Shown here piece by piece: positions 33,977 to 39,183 of a stretch of DNA of 39,183 bases; positions within the stretch are counted from its first letter, which is position 1; every line of letters starts with the position of its first letter. The notes beneath the pieces are model-generated. The model was not told where the DNA came from and did not search any database. It worked only from the letters and a program-made list of their open reading frames with translations. The stretch lies in IMG/VR virus record IMGVR_UViG_3300032332_001516, positions 1 to 39,183 of that record; one strand, 5' to 3'. The position numbers and the translations under genes are program-made. The stretch is from a virus (lineage: Duplodnaviria > Caudoviricetes).

Positions 33977-34819
33977 TCAAGTCCAAAGACTATCGCGAAT
34001 CCGGATCAAGCGAATCATCATCTGTTCATCTTCTTTATCGTATGCAGCCTCAATCTTGGTACTGAGTTTGAGAGCCCGGTCGCCCATCTTTTCCAGTTCT
34101 GGAGTCTTCTTGCTGCCAAAAAGTTTGCCCCCGTTGTGCTCGCGCACTTTTTCGCAGTATTCACTCCAACCACTGGCATCATGTGGGTCTGGACGAGCGG
34201 GATACACAGTGGTCCACCAGGTGTACAGTTCTTTGATTTCCCGAGCACGGATGGCCTGGCCTGTTGGACGACCGTAGTTTTCGTCACCTTCTTCTACACC
34301 CATATCGTTACCAAGTGTCAGTGTCATGGCCCAGTCAAGATGATCGATACCGGCTTGGGGGCAGCGCCATGTGCGCCAGCGCCACCAGCCTGTGGCCCAG
34401 AACGGAGCCTCATATTTGGCACGGTCTTCTTCGCTGCCCCAGGCAATGTGGCTCCATGCTTGTTCTATCTCAACAAAATCCACAAGCTCGTTAAATAGGC
34501 AAGGAAGAAAGCGATTGCCAACATCCTGCCATTCACCAGGTTTAATATCCCGAGGGTGAGCGGTAAGAGCATGAGTGCGAGTAACCCAACGGTTGTTAAT
34601 GTAATACTTGACATCGTAGATCTTTCTGATAGGCCAGGTCACAAAATCTTGTAGGTGACCGAGTCCTTCTTCAGCTAACCAGTAGCGAAAGTTGTGCTTC
34701 ATTTGTGCCCGAGTGGTCCAGTCATCCCATTCTTCACTAGTGCCTGCGCTGAGTTTTTTGGTACCGCGAATCCAGTCTGCGAAAGGACTGCAACTCCAAT
34801 AGTTACTGTGTTGTGCCAT
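33977..34819 (-). CDS. Trp-rich hypothetical phage protein
   Basis: 280 aa ORF in the operon; no catalytic motif recognised. Confidence 0.75.
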   Translation of the reverse strand: MAQHSNYWSCSPFADWIRGTKKLSAGTSEEWDDWTTRAQMKHNFRYWLAEEGLGHLQDFVTWPIRKIYDVKYYINNRWVTRTHALTAHPRDIKPGEWQDVGNRFLPCLFNELVDFVEIEQAWSHIAWGSEEDRAKYEAPFWATGWWRWRTWRCPQAGIDHLDWAMTLTLGNDMGVEEGDENYGRPTGQAIRAREIKELYTWWTTVYPARPDPHDASGWSEYCEKVREHNGGKLFGSKKTPELEKMGDRALKLSTKIEAAYDKEDEQMMIRLIRIRDSLWT

Positions 34820-35582
34820 ATATGTTATTTAATTTTCGTATGATATCAGGTTTATGATCCAACCACTCATCTTGATTGATGATCAAGTCTTCGGGGTTGC
34901 TGTCTTTGTATGGGGTTGGTACAGTAAGCGCATCGCTCACTTCCACACTAATCGGTAATCCTAGCAATTTCACAATGGCTTGCTCATTGGCTCCCTCAGC
35001 AACAAAATCTTCATAGTACACGGTTGGATATTTACTGGGATAGGTTTGTTTAAACTCTCGATAAATCATAGCCACTTTGAGAAAGGCCACTGTGTGTTTT
35101 CTATTATACCGTATCTGTTCAATAGTATGGGCTTTGATAAAATCAACTTCATTTTCTATTTTTTCTACTCGGTAATGTGCCATGTTCTTTTGCAGCATGC
35201 CATAGTAACTGATCAACTGTCGCAATCGATCCCGTCGTTCTAGATATATTATATCGTACTTTTTAGTGACTTCGTCTTCGATTTCTGGCTCAAGATCAAC
35301 AGGAAAAATTTTTAACAAGTAAGATGGATCTTTTTTGATCCATGCCAACCTTTTTAATTTTTCTTCTCTCACGCTGGTAAACCATCTGTAGCCAAGCCTT
35401 TCGGTGAGGCCAACTTCAATACAGCCATCAACTAGTCGATACCTGGATCTATACAACGGGGTTATGGTAAACAACTCATGCAAGGTATTTTTATACCCGT
35501 AATGCTGTTCGGCCACACTACCCATCATCTGGCAAAAAAGTTCCGAACCACATCTGGGCGTGGTTACCACTATAGGCTTCAT
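34803..35582 (-). CDS. sulfotransferase-like protein (Stf0-like)
   Basis: VTTPRCGSE (5'-PSB loop), LHELF, YLERRDRLRQLIS (3'-PB), VYYEDF. Confidence 0.7.
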   Translation of the reverse strand: MKPIVVTTPRCGSELFCQMMGSVAEQHYGYKNTLHELFTITPLYRSRYRLVDGCIEVGLTERLGYRWFTSVREEKLKRLAWIKKDPSYLLKIFPVDLEPEIEDEVTKKYDIIYLERRDRLRQLISYYGMLQKNMAHYRVEKIENEVDFIKAHTIEQIRYNRKHTVAFLKVAMIYREFKQTYPSKYPTVYYEDFVAEGANEQAIVKLLGLPISVEVSDALTVPTPYKDSNPEDLIINQDEWLDHKPDIIRKLNNIYGTTQ

Positions 35583-36433
35583 GTCAGCCCCATGCTCTTG
35601 CGAATGTTGGTTGCGCTGATGCTGGTAACAGATTCATCAAAAGTTTCTTCTCCACTGGTATAACCCACGCCGCGCCCCCAACCAATGTGTACAATATTGG
35701 GTACAATTTGTATTTCATACTGACCTTGGAACAAGGGATCTAGATCGCGCCGAATAAAGGCCTTGACCTGCTCGATGGCAAAAGGATTGCTACCCTGCCA
35801 TCCCTGCACATCACGTACCTGGATAATGACTTGACCGGTCTTGGCAATCAGGCGTTCGAACAATGCACGATGTCCGGCGTGCCATGGCTGCCACCGTCCC
35901 AACATCTGTACAGTTTCTCGCTTCCAATCAAACACAGGTCTACGCCGTTGCTCTAATATGTGCATGCCAATGAATTCGGCCCACTTGTCAGCTGATTGTT
36001 CAGTGACTCGGAAATCATATACTTCTGGCGGAATGAATGCTTTATTGGTATCGTCAAATCTGCCCTGATCAATGGTATCTACCCAGATAGTCCAGTCTGC
36101 TTTGAAGTTGTTACGCATTTCAACTAGTGGTGCAACAAAGTCACAAATCACATAGTCACTGGTACATTTAAATGCAAACTCTGCCATGCGCAGGCTTTGG
36201 CGGATACGTCCTTCTTTGCTGAAGTCCCAGTCGTTAAAACGCTTGCGGATCTCGTCTGCGTTGAACCAGTCCACGCTACAGCTATAGGTAACGGGTGGCA
36301 TCTCCATATTAGCAGCACGATACATGGGCATGTTTCGAACTGTGCTGTTTTCTTCGATGTACTTTTTCAGTGCTGTTGCTAGATAGGTTTTTCCTGACCC
36401 AGGCAAGCCCATGATTAGAATTTTTTCTGCCAT
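35579..36433 (-). CDS. APS-kinase-like domain fused to an HxGH nucleotidylyltransferase domain
   Basis: GLPGSGKT, NADEIR, DFSKEGRIRQ, DFVAP; then MLGRWQPWHAGH...ISATNIR. Confidence 0.75.
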   Translation of the reverse strand: MAEKILIMGLPGSGKTYLATALKKYIEENSTVRNMPMYRAANMEMPPVTYSCSVDWFNADEIRKRFNDWDFSKEGRIRQSLRMAEFAFKCTSDYVICDFVAPLVEMRNNFKADWTIWVDTIDQGRFDDTNKAFIPPEVYDFRVTEQSADKWAEFIGMHILEQRRRPVFDWKRETVQMLGRWQPWHAGHRALFERLIAKTGQVIIQVRDVQGWQGSNPFAIEQVKAFIRRDLDPLFQGQYEIQIVPNIVHIGWGRGVGYTSGEETFDESVTSISATNIRKSMGLT

Positions 36434-36434
36434 T

Positions 36435-36725
36435 TTAATTTCCCTTGAATTCTTCTACTATACCCGGATTGTCTTCCAGCAAGGCCACGAGCGCATGAGT
36501 AAAGAATTTCACTTGTTTTTCACTCATGAAGAGGTCATATGCATGATCCAGCATGTGAACTACTTCATGCCACTTGGCGATTTTAATTGTCTGCGCAGTA
36601 CTGCCGGCGTTGATCCAAATTTCCTGTGTATTGAAATTGGCCAGGCCAATGTGGCCTGCCATTTCTTCTGCGGATTTCATCATGATGGCATAATCAATGC
36701 CGCTGATCCTTACACTGCTCATCAA
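36435..36725 (-). CDS. small HExxH metallopeptidase-like protein
   Basis: QEIWIN...WHEVVHML...EKQV. Confidence 0.6.
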   Translation of the reverse strand: MMSSVRISGIDYAIMMKSAEEMAGHIGLANFNTQEIWINAGSTAQTIKIAKWHEVVHMLDHAYDLFMSEKQVKFFTHALVALLEDNPGIVEEFKGN

Positions 36726-36934
36726 CTGTCTCGTTCCATGGTGCTGGCTTCTTGTACCAATGCCACCAGTTGTTCAACGGTTGAACACATGATTTTGGCA
36801 GTGGCATAGTCGCCCTTCTTGGTACGCCCACCAACTTCGATCATGAAGCCGTTGTCATACAGGTTTACGGTAAAACTGTCATTTACTTTTGTTAGTTTGT
36901 CGCTGAGATTGTTTACTGTTTTTGATGTCGCCAT
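36722..36934 (-). CDS. hypothetical protein
   Basis: Start reassigned to ATG 36934 (MATSKTV...) after SD AGGAG. Confidence 0.7.
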   Translation of the reverse strand: MATSKTVNNLSDKLTKVNDSFTVNLYDNGFMIEVGGRTKKGDYATAKIMCSTVEQLVALVQEASTMERDS

Positions 36935-37148
36935 TTTCTGTCTCCTGTTGATTAACACTTAGTATAGCAGCATTCACTTCGTTACGCAAGGCCTCATCGT
37001 CCCATTTTAATTCAGATTTGCCATCTTCATGATAGATAACGGTCAAATGACTACCTTGTTCAATTCTTGGCCAACCGCCCGCGGGCATGTTGACCATTTC
37101 TGCTACTTCGGCAGATTCGATTACTTTGGATTTCTTTTTAGTTGCCAT
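36879..37148 (-). CDS. hypothetical protein
   Basis: Starts 1 nt after the upstream stop; 3' end overlaps the next gene. Confidence 0.6.
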   Translation of the reverse strand: MATKKKSKVIESAEVAEMVNMPAGGWPRIEQGSHLTVIYHEDGKSELKWDDEALRNEVNAAILSVNQQETENGDIKNSKQSQRQTNKSK

Positions 37149-37149
37149 A

Positions 37150-37521
37150 TTAATTCTTCTTTAAAAATGGAGACAGGTTGGGAGGAGTCCAACCCGTAGG
37201 CTTTAAGACTTTACCATCTTCGCGTTTGCGTACCTTGCCAGTGTCTCGATCTATCTTGGCAAAATTGGTTGCCATGACTTCTTTCCATGCACCTTCGGCA
37301 TCTGCTCCCATGCTATGTATAGCGCCAATAGTGACCACTAGTATATCAACGAGTGCATCTAGTGTTTCCACCCGGTCATGTGCAGCAATTGCTTCGGCCA
37401 GTTCATCGCCTTCTTCTTCAATCAGGCCAATGTACATGTTGAACTGATCTGCATCAAAGGTGTCAGTGCTTTGATCACATGACCTCATAAATTTTTCTTG
37501 ATCTCTAAAAGGATTGGTCAT
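37150..37521 (-). CDS. MazG-like all-alpha NTP pyrophosphohydrolase
   Basis: IEEEGDEL...ETLDALVD, NFAK, REDGKVLKP..W.PP.L. Confidence 0.85.
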   Translation of the reverse strand: MTNPFRDQEKFMRSCDQSTDTFDADQFNMYIGLIEEEGDELAEAIAAHDRVETLDALVDILVVTIGAIHSMGADAEGAWKEVMATNFAKIDRDTGKVRKREDGKVLKPTGWTPPNLSPFLKKN

Positions 37522-37538
37522 TTAATCGTGATTCCATT

Positions 37539-37970
37539 TTATTGTTCCTGTTGTTCCAAAATCCGCCAACCTATACGTTCTAGGTCAACAGCAATTTCAT
37601 CTGCCACTGTGCCTTCGGTCTCGTATGCTTCGCTGTCTTTTATGTGCTGCTGAGTCTCAGGAGTGAGCAGTGCCCATTCTTGGGGAGTACTCTTTTCCCC
37701 CTCGTCCCAGTTGCGTATTCCGCTACAGTACCAATCCAGGTAGTCACCTGTGCCGCGTATATCAGCAACAATACCACCAGCATATCTCCAACTGCACGAC
37801 CATGCCTGTCCCTTGAGTATGGGCCACATTTCTAATCGCTGGAAATCATTGTTGCACAATGCAGCATAGAGATTCTGCGCATACACACGATCACCAAGTA
37901 TTTTTTCCACCATCCAGGAGCAAGACTTGATGTCTGCTTCCATGTCGTAGCGCTCTCCATCATTATCCAT
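37539..37970 (-). CDS. hypothetical phage protein
   Basis: 143 aa; YAQNLYAALCNN, WSCSWRYAGGIVA, YLDWYCSG. Confidence 0.75.
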   Translation of the reverse strand: MDNDGERYDMEADIKSCSWMVEKILGDRVYAQNLYAALCNNDFQRLEMWPILKGQAWSCSWRYAGGIVADIRGTGDYLDWYCSGIRNWDEGEKSTPQEWALLTPETQQHIKDSEAYETEGTVADEIAVDLERIGWRILEQQEQ

Positions 37971-38334
37971 GTGCTAGTTCTTGCGCACTCATGGCCATCA
38001 GTGTTTGCAACAACAGAGCCACCTCGGTCTCGCTCAAACTGGCCACCACTGTGTTGGTAAACTTTAATGATTTGGCATGTGCGTGATTCAGTATGCCCAA
38101 GACCAGGGGCTTGAATTCGGTGCCCTGATTGATAAACTCACTGCCAGCATAAGCATAGAATTGATTGCCGTGTTTTTCTATACTGAGCACACATGCAGTC
38201 AAGGACTGCTCCTGTTCCTCTGCTTGTTCCTGTACAAAATCAACGATCCTGGATACTGCGCGCCACACGCCCACAGCATACCCGCCCGCAAAAATCACAG
38301 CAGCAAAGAAAATGTAGAGCAGTACTTGATCCAT
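37963..38334 (-). CDS. N-terminally membrane-anchored hypothetical protein
   Basis: Hydrophobic VLLYIFFAAVIFAGGYAVGVW segment. Confidence 0.7.
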   Translation of the reverse strand: MDQVLLYIFFAAVIFAGGYAVGVWRAVSRIVDFVQEQAEEQEQSLTACVLSIEKHGNQFYAYAGSEFINQGTEFKPLVLGILNHAHAKSLKFTNTVVASLSETEVALLLQTLMAMSAQELAHG

Positions 38335-38341
38335 ATATTAT

Positions 38342-38878
38342 TTACTCCGCAGCCAACAAACCATTGTTTTTACGCAGGTCCAGTGCCTGGCGTAGGGCAC
38401 GTTCAATGAACTGATTCAGTGTGATGTCCTGTTCGTGTGCCATTCGCGCATAGGTGGCAAATTCTTCATCTGTAAACTCAACGGGCATGCTGACTCGAGT
38501 GTCGTAGTCCTCGCCGGCCTTGATGGCCAAACACTTTTGGATAAAGTCGTCATCAACTTCAAGATCCACATACTCAACGCTATCCCAGGCCTCGTTCAAG
38601 TTGACGCCGCGATTCTTGGCTTCTTTCTCGTGTCGCTTTACATAGTCGGGATTGATCATGCGGTAAGCACGATCATGCGTGTAGTCGCAGACTTCTACAC
38701 TGTAGACCTTGTGACTCTTGGTGCTGAACACAATATTGAAACTGTATCCACCGTCGTCATGTTTTCCATTCCAGCTGCCCAATTGATAGCTGTTGGGCCC
38801 AAAACATTGCCAACCATAAGTGTCACCTTCGGTGATCTTGTAGTCAACCAATTCCATCCATTCTTTCATCGTAAGCAT
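38342..38878 (-). CDS. hypothetical protein with C-terminal ribbon-helix-helix-like region
   Basis: RVSMPVEFTDEEF...AHEQDITLNQFIERAL; SD AAGGAG. Confidence 0.7.
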   Translation of the reverse strand: MLTMKEWMELVDYKITEGDTYGWQCFGPNSYQLGSWNGKHDDGGYSFNIVFSTKSHKVYSVEVCDYTHDRAYRMINPDYVKRHEKEAKNRGVNLNEAWDSVEYVDLEVDDDFIQKCLAIKAGEDYDTRVSMPVEFTDEEFATYARMAHEQDITLNQFIERALRQALDLRKNNGLLAAE

Positions 38879-38901
38879 ATCTGCTCCTTATATAAAAATT
38901 A

Positions 38902-38930
38902 ATTTTAACACAATCTAGTTCTGATGTCTA
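38902..38930 (-). promoter_or_regulatory. sigma70-type promoter
   Basis: TAGACA (38925-38930), 17 bp, TAAAAT (38902-38907). Confidence 0.6.
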
Positions 38931-39152
38931 GAGATATTTCAATCTAAACCAAGTTTCTTGGGCATCGTCGTAGAAATCCAAATATATCACAGTGTTGTAG
39001 TGGACCAAACCTTCGCCCCATTCGGTATGTCTCCGAGAAGTAAAGCCCAATTCCCGTCGCATGACATCACGGATCAGCAAGAAACTGGGCGGGTATTCAC
39101 GTGCTATGCTTGCATGTATTCTAGCCCATTCGGCTTCGGTCAATTTGATCAC
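38928..39152 (-). CDS. hypothetical protein
   Basis: 74 aa ORF with SD GGAG; ends FYDDAQETWFRLKYL. Confidence 0.7.
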   Translation of the reverse strand: MIKLTEAEWARIHASIAREYPPSFLLIRDVMRRELGFTSRRHTEWGEGLVHYNTVIYLDFYDDAQETWFRLKYL

Positions 39153-39183
39153 TGGCTACTCCATTTTAATGCACATATCATGC

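Noticed and set aside
1-39183. Stop-codon reassignment, introns or inteins
   Set aside because: Recognisable genes (dnaK, clpX, clpP, uvsE, infA) are full length and uninterrupted in the standard code, and all three stop codons are used.

Overview
This is a 39 kb segment of a large, T4-like (probably jumbo) dsDNA phage genome. Almost every real gene is on the - strand. The host is likely a Proteobacterium, inferred from the DnaK/ClpX/ErpA/IF-1 sequences and consensus sigma70 promoters. Layout: (i) 1-4.4 kb is an array of short early genes behind eight near-consensus TTGAC(A)-N17-TATAAT promoters, five of which share a leader; (ii) 4.4-14.1 kb holds a Pol-beta-type nucleotidyltransferase, a candidate structured ncRNA (6240-6332), and GYxGS-repeat and Gly-rich fibre-like proteins, one fused to a sedolisin (S53) protease, mostly behind T4-late-like (TA)TAAATA motifs; (iii) 14.2-25.5 kb holds a secreted non-specific nuclease, ClpP, an SprT-like protease, UvsE, a DEDDh exonuclease, a TagD-like cytidylyltransferase, ClpS, Hsp20, DnaK and ClpX; (iv) 25.5-32.8 kb holds a membrane coiled-coil protein, an S8 protease and a long collagen-like fibre; (v) 32.8-39.2 kb holds ErpA, a SOD-like protein, IF-1, a sulfotransferase next to an APS-kinase/HxGH fusion, a MazG-like enzyme and hypotheticals. 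The most notable signals are the candidate ncRNA, hairpins that enclose late promoters and hide the ribosome-binding site, ROSE-like thermometers on both hsp20 and dnaK, a proteostasis set with altered ClpS/ClpX specificity residues, a possible PAPS/sulfation module, and the promoter-cassette array. All calls come from reading motifs by eye; no searches or folding programs were run.
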